Assembly (NCBI GenBank): GCA_963727525.1
Contig: CAVSGO010000005.1
Span: forward strand, 224,001-288,000
Length of the DNA stretch: 64,000 nucleotides
Reading direction: 5' to 3'
From: an uncultured bacterium
Lineage (GTDB): Bacteria; Krumholzibacteriota; Krumholzibacteriia; LZORAL124-64-63
Of this stretch, positions 29,482 through 38,881 are shown piece by piece. The translations under genes and the position numbers were made by a program. Numbering within the stretch: position 1 is the first letter of the stretch; the number at the start of each line of letters is the position of its first letter. The notes beneath the pieces were generated by a model, which was given only the letters and a program-made list of their open reading frames with translations, ran no database searches and was not told where the DNA came from.

Positions 29482-30525
29482 ATGGGCACTTCGCGTCGAC
29501 GCCGCTTCGCGATCGCGATCACCATGGTGGTCGCCATCGCTTCGCTCGGCCTCGTACTGCGCAGCCGTACCCTCCACCAGCCCGCCGAGCACAGCGCGAG
29601 CTACCACCTCGACCCCACCGACCTGGCCACCTCGGCGAGCGCCGACATCGGGCCGGGCGTGCGTATCCTCTGCTACCACTACTTCCGCCGCGATTTCGAT
29701 CCGATCTACCTCGTGCGCGTGTTCGCGGCCGTGGTGCTCGGCATGCCGGCGCTCGGCCCCCAGGAGTTCTGGACAATGCCGATCAGCCAGTTCGAGCGGC
29801 ACCTGCGCTATTTCCGCGACGAGCACATCCCTGTACTCACGCTGGGCGATATCGCCGCGTACCAGGCGCGCGGCGAAGCGCTGCCCGACCCGGCAGTGGT
29901 CATCACGATCGACGATGCCGACCGCAGCGTGTACCGACTCGCCTGGCCCCTCCTGAAGCGCTACGGCATGCGGGCGCATCTCTTCGTGCCCACCAGCGAG
30001 GTGGGCCTGCACTGGAGCGGCATCGATGTCTGCACGTGGGCGGAGCTGCGCGAGATGGGCGACTCCGGCGTCCTCATCGTCGGCTCGCACACGCACGATC
30101 TGCACTACAAGGTCGCGACGGACGCCGGGCGCCAGCCGGTATTCTGGAATCCGCAGACGATCAGCACGGCGCAGCGCACGGAGGAGCTGGCCGAACTGCG
30201 TGCGATCGGCACCGCGCCGGACCATTCCGATGCCAACGCCGCAGCCCCGCCGTCCGATCCCATCGCGGCCGATCTGCTTCTGAGCCGGCGTCTCGTGGAA
30301 CGCCACATCGGCAAGAGCTGCCTCTGGCTCGCCTGGCCCTACGGCTTCGGGAGCGGACGCCTCGACAGCCTCGCCGCACGCGTCGGCTTCCACGGCACCC
30401 TGAGTCTGCGTCCGCGCTCGGTCGAGGACGATTCCCCGCCCTGGCATCTGGGCCGGTTCACGCTGACGGCCAAGACCACCCCCCAGGAAGTAGCCGCGTT
30501 CTTCGTCGATTCTGCGCCGTTCTAG
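29482..30525 (+). CDS. Polysaccharide deacetylase (CE4, IcaB/PgaB N-domain-like)
   Basis: N-terminal TM, ILCYH, ITIDD, GSHTHDLH, AWPYG. Confidence 0.85.
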   Translation: MGTSRRRRFAIAITMVVAIASLGLVLRSRTLHQPAEHSASYHLDPTDLATSASADIGPGVRILCYHYFRRDFDPIYLVRVFAAVVLGMPALGPQEFWTMPISQFERHLRYFRDEHIPVLTLGDIAAYQARGEALPDPAVVITIDDADRSVYRLAWPLLKRYGMRAHLFVPTSEVGLHWSGIDVCTWAELREMGDSGVLIVGSHTHDLHYKVATDAGRQPVFWNPQTISTAQRTEELAELRAIGTAPDHSDANAAAPPSDPIAADLLLSRRLVERHIGKSCLWLAWPYGFGSGRLDSLAARVGFHGTLSLRPRSVEDDSPPWHLGRFTLTAKTTPQEVAAFFVDSAPF

Positions 30526-30528
30526 TGA

Positions 30529-30558
30529 GAGGCTCCCGGACGATCGACCGGGAGCCTC
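30529..30558. terminator. Bidirectional terminator hairpin
   Basis: GAGGCTCCCGG / CCGGGAGCCTC 11-bp stem between convergent genes. Confidence 0.75.
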
Positions 30559-30581
30559 ACGCCCCGATGACACACGGTCGT

Positions 30582-31148
30582 CTACTGGAAGAGCGCCTTC
30601 ACGTCGCTCCAGCTCTGGCTGGTCGCTCCCACCGACTGGTCGTTCAGACGCGCCACGACGGGCGTTCCGAACGAGTAGCTGCAAGGTTGCAGATCGCCAC
30701 CGCCGAAGTCCACCACCGGGAACCCATCCGGGAGACTCGAGGGATCCGAGGGGCCAAAGGTGATCTCCTCGTAGCTCGTGCTCTCGGTGTAGAAGATCGC
30801 GTTCGAGAGGACAGTCCCGGTGGGACTCACTGGAACCGGCGTGAGGAAGTGTACGATCTGGTTGGTGTTCGTGCCGGTATTCTCGCCCCAGCCCATCGAC
30901 GTGACATACACCTGGAAATCCGCCGCCGTGCAGGCGATGGAGACCTCGTAACCGGCCACCTCACTTCCCATCGCGTTCGTCAGGACGACGTACCCGATCC
31001 GGGCGTAGCCGGGAACAATGGTAGTCGCCGCGGTCTCGTAGTTGAACTCGGTGTCGCTGAAGTAGAATCCCATGACGTTGTCGTCGGCCAGCGCCGCACC
31101 CGCCACGAACGTGAACACCACCGCAAGGCTCATGAACGTGTTGCGCAT
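30582..31148 (-). CDS. Secreted hypothetical protein with SWSDVKALFQ C-terminal tail
   Basis: Signal peptide, MGFYFSD..YVVLTN..VAGYE (same pattern as the 23754 gene); GAGGAGG RBS. Confidence 0.8.
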   Translation of the reverse strand: MRNTFMSLAVVFTFVAGAALADDNVMGFYFSDTEFNYETAATTIVPGYARIGYVVLTNAMGSEVAGYEVSIACTAADFQVYVTSMGWGENTGTNTNQIVHFLTPVPVSPTGTVLSNAIFYTESTSYEEITFGPSDPSSLPDGFPVVDFGGGDLQPCSYSFGTPVVARLNDQSVGATSQSWSDVKALFQ

Positions 31149-31245
31149 GATCATCCTCCTCGTTGTGGACTCATCTGCCCATCGTGAATCCAGCGTGATC
31201 TCCATGTGTGATAGGCGGAACGTATTGTCGGAGGAGACACGGCGA

Positions 31246-32301
31246 TTACGAGCGAGAACCGACGAGCGTGCGGTATTGCCTCGCCACGCGCAGCAGCAAG
31301 GTGCCGACCACGGAGCGGCGCTGGAACTGGCGCCGCATCTCCGGCACGGCGCCGAACCGGCGCTTGAAATCCCAGAGGCTCCGCCGCCCCACGCTGCCCC
31401 CGAAGTCGACGGCCGTGAGCCCGCGCGCGCAGGCTGCCATGATGTCGAGCCAGTAGAGGAGCACCGCCGGAAACACGCCGGACTCCGTCCCTCCGCGCAC
31501 GCCGCCTTGCCAGGAGATCAGGCGTCCGCGCGACACGAAGCCGAAGTGACCGCCCAGCAGCTCGCCATCGCGGCTCACGGTGCCGAAGACCACGTCATCG
31601 GGGGCTTCTCGCATGAGATCCTGCATGAATGCCAGCGGCACGGGCGCCTGCGCGAAGCGTGCCGCGCGCTGGCGGTAAAGCTGGTACCACGGGGCCAGGC
31701 GGGCCGGATCGCGCTCTTCCCGGATAGTGCAGCCCAGCCGGAGCGAGCGATCGCGCTCGCGCCGCCGGATCCCGGCGAGATTACGCTCGGTCGCGTCCAA
31801 TCCGCCCGCGCAGGGGACGATCGCCGTACGCGTCTCGATCGCCAGCCAGGGCGGCCCCGGCGTGACCAGGGCATGACGCGCGGCGGCGTCGGCCGAGAGC
31901 GTGAACGCGGCCAGCATGCGGCAGCCGCCAACGTGATCTCCTAGCCCGCTCACGAGCGACCGGAACACGGCCGCCTGAACCTCCGGCGGAAGATCCGCCG
32001 GCACCTGCGGCCCACAGACCACACCATCCAGGCTGCTCTCCAGACGATTCATACCCCACCGCCGCCGCTCGATCACCGGCAGACAGCCCACCATCTCGCC
32101 CTCGCACTCGGCGACGAGCCAGAGCCCCCGCGCCCGCGCATAGTGGCGCGCCACGAGATCGAGCCAGAAAGCGCGTGCTGCCAGCTCGGCATCGGGTACG
32201 CGAGCAAGCAACGTCGCGAGTCCGGCCGGCGCGGCGTCGAGACCCTGGACGTGTATGGGGATTTTTAAGGCGCCGCCAGGCGATTTCGTGGATTTCGACA
32301 A
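31246..32301 (-). CDS. GNAT/FemAB-like acyltransferase (Acetyltransf_6-like)
   Basis: VDFGGS...LWDFKRRFGA C-terminal motif; start uncertain. Confidence 0.75.
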   Translation of the reverse strand: MSKSTKSPGGALKIPIHVQGLDAAPAGLATLLARVPDAELAARAFWLDLVARHYARARGLWLVAECEGEMVGCLPVIERRRWGMNRLESSLDGVVCGPQVPADLPPEVQAAVFRSLVSGLGDHVGGCRMLAAFTLSADAAARHALVTPGPPWLAIETRTAIVPCAGGLDATERNLAGIRRRERDRSLRLGCTIREERDPARLAPWYQLYRQRAARFAQAPVPLAFMQDLMREAPDDVVFGTVSRDGELLGGHFGFVSRGRLISWQGGVRGGTESGVFPAVLLYWLDIMAACARGLTAVDFGGSVGRRSLWDFKRRFGAVPEMRRQFQRRSVVGTLLLRVARQYRTLVGSRS

Positions 32302-32463
32302 GTTGGAACGGTTCCCCGCTGGGCGGACACTCGACCGCGACAGCCAACAATCTGCCGTTGACCCCTATCGCGGGGTCGGTACCTCGACGTCTCCGTAAGG
32401 ATACCACCAAGTCGCCCGCCGGGCGAGCCTGGTATTCGCAGAGTATTCGGCTCTCTTTACACC

Positions 32464-33686
32464 GTGCCACGAAGAATGTTGGCGGGTCCAGCGCTTGCCT
32501 GGGCCCGTCCTCATGAACACCAAAACACTCACTTCATGCCCTACGCTTCCTCCCCACTGCCCCAACCCTAACTGCAAATACCACAAGCCTCAGCCGCATT
32601 CCTGGCCCTTCGCGCTCTTCGGCACCTTCTCCCGAAAATCCCCGCCCTACACCGTCCAGCGCTACCTCTGCCTGGCCTGCGGCAGGACCTGCTCAGACCA
32701 GACCTTCCGCACCACATACTGGCTCAAACGCGCCGATCTCCTGCCCAAGGTCCACAAGCACGCCGTCTCAGGTGCCGCCAACCGCCAGATCGCCAGGCTC
32801 CTCGACACCTCGCCGACGACCGTCGACAACCTCCTCGCCCGCCTCGGCCGACACTGCATCCTCTTCCATCGACACCTGGTGTCCCAGGCGTCACCCTTCG
32901 TGGACATCGCCATCGACGGCCTCGTCACCTTCGAGCACTCCCAGTACTTCCCCTACGAGATCGTCACGGCCGTCGATCGCCCCTCCAGCTTCATCATCCA
33001 CTTCGCCGAGGCCGAGCGGCGACGCAGCGGGGCGATGACCGACGAGCAGAAATGGAAACGGTCCCTCTTTGAACAAAACTATGGCCGGCCGGACCCCAGG
33101 TCGTTGATGCGGGCGCTGCTCGAGGTGCTCTCGGTCTCGCTCGACGGCGCCACCGAGGCCCACATCTGGAGCGACAAGCACAAGACCTATCCCTACGCGA
33201 TCGCGAAGCTACGGTATTGCAAGGTGATCCACGAGACGATCGACTCCCGTGAGCCGCGGACGAGTCGCAACCCGTTGTTCGAGGTCAACTTGCTGGACAT
33301 GTTGCTGCGGCATTGTCTGAAAGACCACACGCGGGAGACGATCGCGTTCGGAAAGCGACGCCAGCATTCGATCTACCGGCTGGCGATCTTCCTGGTGTGG
33401 CGCAACACGATCAAGTTGCGTCGGGAGAAGCGGTGCTGGAGCACGCCGGCGATGCAGATCGGGATCGCCACGAAGCCCCTGACCGAGGAGGAGGTGTTGT
33501 CGCGGCGGCTGTTCGTGTCGCATATCGAGTTGCCGCCGTTGTGGGATGACTACTACTGGCGACGGGTCGAGACGCGGCCATTGAAGGTGAACCGGAGGCA
33601 CAAGCTGACGTACGCCGCGTAGTGAGAAAGTCGGGCCTAGCAGGCGAGATGGCGGTGCGAAGCCTCGTCAACATTCTTCTTGGCAC
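32464..33686 (+). mobile_element. IS1-like insertion sequence
   Basis: Inverted repeats GTGCCACGAAGAATGTTGGCG (32464-32484) and CGTCAACATTCTTCTTGGCAC (33666-33686), 19/21 match, bracketing a single transposase ORF. No target-site duplication found. Confidence 0.7.
32513..33622 (+). CDS. IS1-like transposase (Zn ribbon, HTH, RNase H/DDE-like core)
   Basis: CPNPNC...QRYLCLACGRT, RQIARLL..SPTTV, IAIDG, IWSD, TPAMQIGI. Confidence 0.75.
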   Translation: MNTKTLTSCPTLPPHCPNPNCKYHKPQPHSWPFALFGTFSRKSPPYTVQRYLCLACGRTCSDQTFRTTYWLKRADLLPKVHKHAVSGAANRQIARLLDTSPTTVDNLLARLGRHCILFHRHLVSQASPFVDIAIDGLVTFEHSQYFPYEIVTAVDRPSSFIIHFAEAERRRSGAMTDEQKWKRSLFEQNYGRPDPRSLMRALLEVLSVSLDGATEAHIWSDKHKTYPYAIAKLRYCKVIHETIDSREPRTSRNPLFEVNLLDMLLRHCLKDHTRETIAFGKRRQHSIYRLAIFLVWRNTIKLRREKRCWSTPAMQIGIATKPLTEEEVLSRRLFVSHIELPPLWDDYYWRRVETRPLKVNRRHKLTYAA

Positions 33687-33702
33687 AACTCAAGGTAAGC
33701 GA

Positions 33703-34656
33703 TCACCAGGGGAGATTCGCCAGGTCGACGTTCCCTCCCGAAATCACCACGCCGATGCGCCGCCCTCCGACCTCGCCACGCTTCTCGAGCAGAGCGGCCA
33801 GCCCCACGGCGCCCGAGGGTTCGATGACCAGCTTCATGCGCTCCCAGATCAGGCGCATGGCCCCTATCACGGCGGTATCGCCCACGGTGACGATGCGCTC
33901 CACGCGGTCGCGGATGATCGGGTAGGTGAGCGTGCCGAGGCTGGTGAGCAGGCCGTCGCAGATGGTCTGCGGGTTCACACTGGCGATGATCTTCCCCGCG
34001 GCGAGGGAGCGCGCCGCGTCGTCGGCGCCCGCTGGTTCGGCCGCGAGAACCCGCACACCAGGCGCCGACTCCGTGACGGCGATCGCCGTGCCGCTGAGCA
34101 AGCCGCCGCCACCGACGGGAGTCATCACCACGTCGAGACCGGGCGCCTGTTCCAGCAGTTCGAGCGCGGCCGTGCCCTGGCCGGCGATCACCCGCGCATC
34201 GTTGTAGGGATGCACGACATGCGCTCCCGTGCGCGCCACAACCTGGTCGAGCGTATCCTCGCGCGCCTGCAGCGTGGGTTCGCACGGGATGATCTCGGCG
34301 CCGTAGCCGGCCACGGCATCGCGCTTCACGGCCGGCGCCGTGCGCGGCATGACGACATAGGCCGGGATCCCGCGCACGCGGGCCGCCAGCGCCAGGGCCT
34401 GGGCGTGGTTGCCGCTGCTGTGGGTGGTCACGCCGCGCGCCGCGGTGGCGTCGTCGAGCGACTGCACGGCGTTGGTGGCGCCGCGGTACTTGAAGGCGCC
34501 CACCTTCTGCAGGTTCTCGCACTTGAAGTACACCTGCGCGTCGACAAGGGCGTCGATGGTCGCGCACGTCATCACCGGGGTGCGGTGCGCGAAGCCGGCG
34601 ATGCGGGCCTGTGCGGCGCGGATGTCGGCCAGTGTCGGGACCACGAGCTTGCTCAT
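33703..34656 (-). CDS. PLP-dependent serine/threonine dehydratase or serine racemase
   Basis: FKCENLQKVGAFKYRGA, SSGNHAQA, PVGGGGL, SGGNVD. Confidence 0.92.
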   Translation of the reverse strand: MSKLVVPTLADIRAAQARIAGFAHRTPVMTCATIDALVDAQVYFKCENLQKVGAFKYRGATNAVQSLDDATAARGVTTHSSGNHAQALALAARVRGIPAYVVMPRTAPAVKRDAVAGYGAEIIPCEPTLQAREDTLDQVVARTGAHVVHPYNDARVIAGQGTAALELLEQAPGLDVVMTPVGGGGLLSGTAIAVTESAPGVRVLAAEPAGADDAARSLAAGKIIASVNPQTICDGLLTSLGTLTYPIIRDRVERIVTVGDTAVIGAMRLIWERMKLVIEPSGAVGLAALLEKRGEVGGRRIGVVISGGNVDLANLPW

Positions 34657-37600
34657 TCCAGGGCCGCCTCCCCGGCCGGTGCGCCACGCCGGCGCCGCAG
34701 CCGGGTCTGGAGCGCATCCATGGCCTCGTAGAACACCGGCGTGACGAAAAGGGTGAGGAACTGCGAGAATAGCAGGCCGCCCACCACGGCCAGGCCCAGC
34801 GGCCGCCGCGATTCGGCGCCGGCGCCATGCGCCAGCGCGATGGGCAGCGTGCCCATGAGGGCGGCCATCGTGGTCATCATGATGGGGCGGAAGCGGATCA
34901 CGCAGGCCTCGTAGATGGCGTCGCGTGCGCTCTTGCCCTCGGTGCGCTGCGCGTGCAGCGCGAAGTCGATCATGATGATGCCGTTCTTCTTCACCAGGCC
35001 CACCAGCATGATGATGCCCACGAAGGCATAGATGCTCAGCTCCACCTTGAAGATCATGAGCGTGACGAGGGCGCCGAATCCGGCGAACGGCAGCGCCGAG
35101 AGTATGGTGAGCGGGTGGATGAAGCTCTCGTACAGGATGCCCAGTACGAGGTAGATGACGACCACCGCGAGCAGCAGGAGCAGTCCGAGACCCGCCGACG
35201 ACGACTGGAAGGCCTCCGCCGTCCCCTGGAAACTCGTCGTGACCGTGGCCGGCAGCGTGCGCGCAGCGATACTCTGCACCCTCGTCACAGCGGCCGAGAG
35301 GGCCACGCCGGGCGCCGTGTTGAACGACAGCGTCACCGCCGGGAGCTGCCCCGAGTGATTTACCGCGAGCGGGCCGGCCGTCTGGTGGATGGTCGCCAGC
35401 GCGCTCAGCGGCACCAGCGCACCGCCACTCGACGACACGTAGAGCAGTCCGAGGGAACTGGCGTCGAGCTGATACTGCGGGGCGAGCTCCATCACCACGT
35501 CATACGTGTTGTTCTGACCGTAGATCGTGGAGATGCGCCGCGACCCGTAGGCCGTGTAGAGCGCATCCTCGATGGCCTGCGGCGATACTCCCAGCGCCGA
35601 GGCGCGGTCGCGATCGATGTCCACGGACACCTGCGGATTGTTGAGCTGCATGTCGCTGGTCACGTCCTGCAGTTCCGGCAGATCGACGAGGCGGTCGAGC
35701 AGGAGCTGGCCGTAGCGGTACAGGGTATCGGTGTCCGCCGTCTGCAGCGTGTACTGGTACTCGCTCTTGGTGATGCGCCCGCCGAGCCGGATCGGCGGCG
35801 GATTCTGCAGGAACATCATGATGCCCGGCACCTGCGACGCCTTGCGGCGCAGCACCTGGATCACCTCATCGGCCGACAGCTTGCGCTCGCCGCGCGGCTT
35901 GAGTCGGATCAGGATGAAGCCGGTGTTGCTCGCATTGCTGCCGCGCGATCCGCAGCTCGACATGTACGATTCGACGTTGTCGTCGGCCGCGATGATCTGC
36001 GCCAGCGCCTGCTGATGCGCCACCAGATCCGCGTACGACACGCCCTGCGCCGCCTCGGTGCGTCCGAAGATGCGCCCGGTGTCCTCGCTGGGCAGGAAAC
36101 CCTGCGGGATGATCTTGAACAGCACCACCGTGCCGGCCAGCACCACCACCAGGAACACGAGCACGGCGCGGCCATGATCGAGCGACCAGGCCAGCCCCGT
36201 CGCATAGAGTGCCAGCGACCGCGCAAAGACCCGCTCGAGCGCGTTGTAGATCCGGCCGTGCACGCGGTCGCCCTCTGACCGCAAGAAGCGGCTACAGAGC
36301 ATGGGCGTGAGCGTGAGGGAAGCGAAACCCGAGATGAGGATGGCCGTGGCGATCACCACGCCGAATTCGCGGAACAGGCGTCCGATGATGCCGCCCATCA
36401 GCAACACGGGAATGAACACGGCGGCGAGCGACAGCGTCATCGACACGATCGTGAAGCCGATCTCCCGCGAACCCGCATACGCCGCCACGATCGCGGACTC
36501 TCCCTTTTCCATGTGGCGCACGATGTTCTCGAGCATGACGATGGCGTCGTCCACCACGAAGCCGAGCGACAGCGTGAGCGCCATGAGCGAGAGGTTGTCG
36601 AGGCTGAAGCCGAGCAGGTCCATCACCAGGAAGGTGCCGATGATCGACATCGGCAGTGCCAGGCTCGGGATCACGGTGGCGGACAGGTTGCGCAGGAAGG
36701 CGAAGATCACCAGCACCACCAGGCCCAGGGTGATGGCCAGCGTCACCTTGACGTCCTTGAGCGAGGCCTGGATCGATTCGGAGCGGTCGAAGAGCACGTT
36801 CAACGACACCGACTGCGGGAGTTGCTGCTCGAACTCGGGAAACAGCGCGCGTACCGCCTGCACCACGGCGACCGTGTTCGTGCCCGGCTGACGCTGGATG
36901 GCGAGGATCACCGAGCGCGCGTCGTTGAACCAGGCGGCCGTCTTGTCGTTCTGCACGCTATCGAGCACGTGGCCCAGCTCGGCGAGCCGCACGGCGCGGC
37001 CGCCGCGGTAGGACACGATGATGGGCCGGAACTGCTTCGCGTTCACCACCTGACCGTTCGCCTGCACCGAGTAGGCGCGGTAGCGACCGTCAAGCGCGCC
37101 GGTGGGCAAATTGACGTTGGCGCTGCGCACGGCGCCGGCCACCTGGTCGATGCCCAGACCCTGCGCGGCCAGGAGCTGCGGATCGAGCTGGATGCGCACG
37201 GCATACTTCTGCGAGCCATACACCTGCACCTGGGCCACACCCTCGACCATAGAGATGCGCTGGGCCAGGAGCGTCTCGCCGTACTCGTCGAGGGTCGATA
37301 GCGGCAGCGTCGGCGAGGTGAGCGCCACGTAGAGGATGGGCTGGTCGGCGGGGTTCACCTTGCGGAACGACGGCGGGTTGGGCATATCGGGCGGCAACTG
37401 CCCCTGCGCCACCGAGATGGCCGACTGCACGTCCTGCGCCGCCGCGTCGAGATCGCGACCGAGGTCGAATTGCAGCGTGATGCTCGTCACGCCCTGGAAG
37501 CTGGACGATGTCATCGACGAGATACCGGCGATGGTCGAGAACTGCTTCTCGAGCGGCGTGGCCACGGCCGAAGCCATGGTCTCCGGGCTGGCGCCAGGCA

Positions 37601-37751
37601 GATTGGCGGTGATGCTCAATGTCGGAAAATCCACGTTCGGCAGGTCCGACACCGGGAGCTGCCGGTAGCCGGCCAGACCGAATATGAGGATGGCCAGCGT
37701 CACGAGCGTGGTCATGATCGGCCGGCGAATGAACAGGGCCGAGAGGTTCAT
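34653..37751 (-). CDS. RND efflux permease (MdtB/MdtC-like)
   Basis: FIRRPIMT, GASPETMASAVATPLE, GFVVDDAIV, KKNGI, RFRPIMMTT. Confidence 0.93.
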   Translation of the reverse strand: MNLSALFIRRPIMTTLVTLAILIFGLAGYRQLPVSDLPNVDFPTLSITANLPGASPETMASAVATPLEKQFSTIAGISSMTSSSFQGVTSITLQFDLGRDLDAAAQDVQSAISVAQGQLPPDMPNPPSFRKVNPADQPILYVALTSPTLPLSTLDEYGETLLAQRISMVEGVAQVQVYGSQKYAVRIQLDPQLLAAQGLGIDQVAGAVRSANVNLPTGALDGRYRAYSVQANGQVVNAKQFRPIIVSYRGGRAVRLAELGHVLDSVQNDKTAAWFNDARSVILAIQRQPGTNTVAVVQAVRALFPEFEQQLPQSVSLNVLFDRSESIQASLKDVKVTLAITLGLVVLVIFAFLRNLSATVIPSLALPMSIIGTFLVMDLLGFSLDNLSLMALTLSLGFVVDDAIVMLENIVRHMEKGESAIVAAYAGSREIGFTIVSMTLSLAAVFIPVLLMGGIIGRLFREFGVVIATAILISGFASLTLTPMLCSRFLRSEGDRVHGRIYNALERVFARSLALYATGLAWSLDHGRAVLVFLVVVLAGTVVLFKIIPQGFLPSEDTGRIFGRTEAAQGVSYADLVAHQQALAQIIAADDNVESYMSSCGSRGSNASNTGFILIRLKPRGERKLSADEVIQVLRRKASQVPGIMMFLQNPPPIRLGGRITKSEYQYTLQTADTDTLYRYGQLLLDRLVDLPELQDVTSDMQLNNPQVSVDIDRDRASALGVSPQAIEDALYTAYGSRRISTIYGQNNTYDVVMELAPQYQLDASSLGLLYVSSSGGALVPLSALATIHQTAGPLAVNHSGQLPAVTLSFNTAPGVALSAAVTRVQSIAARTLPATVTTSFQGTAEAFQSSSAGLGLLLLLAVVVIYLVLGILYESFIHPLTILSALPFAGFGALVTLMIFKVELSIYAFVGIIMLVGLVKKNGIIMIDFALHAQRTEGKSARDAIYEACVIRFRPIMMTTMAALMGTLPIALAHGAGAESRRPLGLAVVGGLLFSQFLTLFVTPVFYEAMDALQTRLRRRRGAPAGEAALE

Positions 37752-38881
37752 GACGGGTTCGCCCCGCTCGTTCCCACGGCGTCCTTCTCCACGATCTTGC
37801 TGCCCGGGCGCAGCCGGAGCTGGCCGTCCGTGACCACCTTCTCGCCCACCTGCACACCGTCGGCGATGATGGCGTCGTTTCCCACGCGACGGCTCACCGT
37901 CACCGGACGCACGGCCACCGTGGCATCGTCGTTCACGACGAAGAGGTAGTCGCCGTTCTGGCCCGTGTCGATGGCCTGGGCCGGCACCGTCACCACGCCC
38001 GCGAGTTGCCGCAGCACGAGCACCGTGTTGAGGAACTCGCCCGGCCACAGGCTGTCGTCGGTGTTGGGGAACTCTGCCTTCAGCAGGATTGTGCCGGTGG
38101 ACGTGTCGACCGCGTTGTCGATGAACGTGAGCTTGCCCTCGCGCATGACGTCGGTCTCGCTCGGCGCCGTGGCCCGCACCGCCAGCGTGCCGTCAGCCGA
38201 CTGGGCGAGGATGTCCGGCAACGCCTGCTCCGGGACACTGAAGCGCACATAGATCGGCCGGATCTGGTGGATCACGGCCAGGGGGGACGCGCCCCCCGCG
38301 CTGACGAGGTTGCCGGCATCCACCAGCGTCTCGCCGATGCGCCCGGCGATGGGCGCGGCGATGGTGCAGTATGCCAGGTTGAGGCGCGCCAGCGTGACGG
38401 CGGCGGAATCAGCACTGGCCGACGCGCGCGCGGACGCGAGCTGCGACTCGAGATCGGCATTCTCCTGCACCGCCACGTAGTCCTTCTGCAAGAGCGCGGC
38501 GTAGCGCTCCATCTTGGCGGCCAGGTTGGCGGCCGTGGCGGCGTCGCGCGCGAGGTTAGCCTGTGCCGACGCCAGGGCGGCCTGGAACGGTGCGGCGTCG
38601 ATCGTGAAGATCGTCTGCCCCGCCTGCACGCGATCGCCCTCGGTGAACGCCACGCGTTCGAGGATGCCCGTCACCTGGGCCCGCACCGCCACCGACCGGA
38701 AGGCCTCCGCGTGCCCGAACGCGCTCACCTCCAGGGGCAGCGTCTTCTGCGTGGCGACCGCCGTCACCACGGGCACCGACGGCGGACCGGCCGGCCCCTT
38801 GCCGTCCTTGCATCCGCTGAGGACCAGGATCACGGCCAGGTTCAAGGCGAGGACCAGACCGACGCTGCGACCAGGGTTCAT
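37748..38881 (-). CDS. RND periplasmic adaptor (MdtA-like lipoprotein)
   Basis: Lipobox LSGC, APIAGRIG, IDNAVDTSTGT. Confidence 0.92.
   Translation of the reverse strand: MNPGRSVGLVLALNLAVILVLSGCKDGKGPAGPPSVPVVTAVATQKTLPLEVSAFGHAEAFRSVAVRAQVTGILERVAFTEGDRVQAGQTIFTIDAAPFQAALASAQANLARDAATAANLAAKMERYAALLQKDYVAVQENADLESQLASARASASADSAAVTLARLNLAYCTIAAPIAGRIGETLVDAGNLVSAGGASPLAVIHQIRPIYVRFSVPEQALPDILAQSADGTLAVRATAPSETDVMREGKLTFIDNAVDTSTGTILLKAEFPNTDDSLWPGEFLNTVLVLRQLAGVVTVPAQAIDTGQNGDYLFVVNDDATVAVRPVTVSRRVGNDAIIADGVQVGEKVVTDGQLRLRPGSKIVEKDAVGTSGANPS

Noticed and set aside
32275-32410. tmRNA/tRNA-like element (GGATTTCGAC ... ACCACCA)
   Set aside because: No acceptor stem or T-arm (GTTCGA) in the proper positions.
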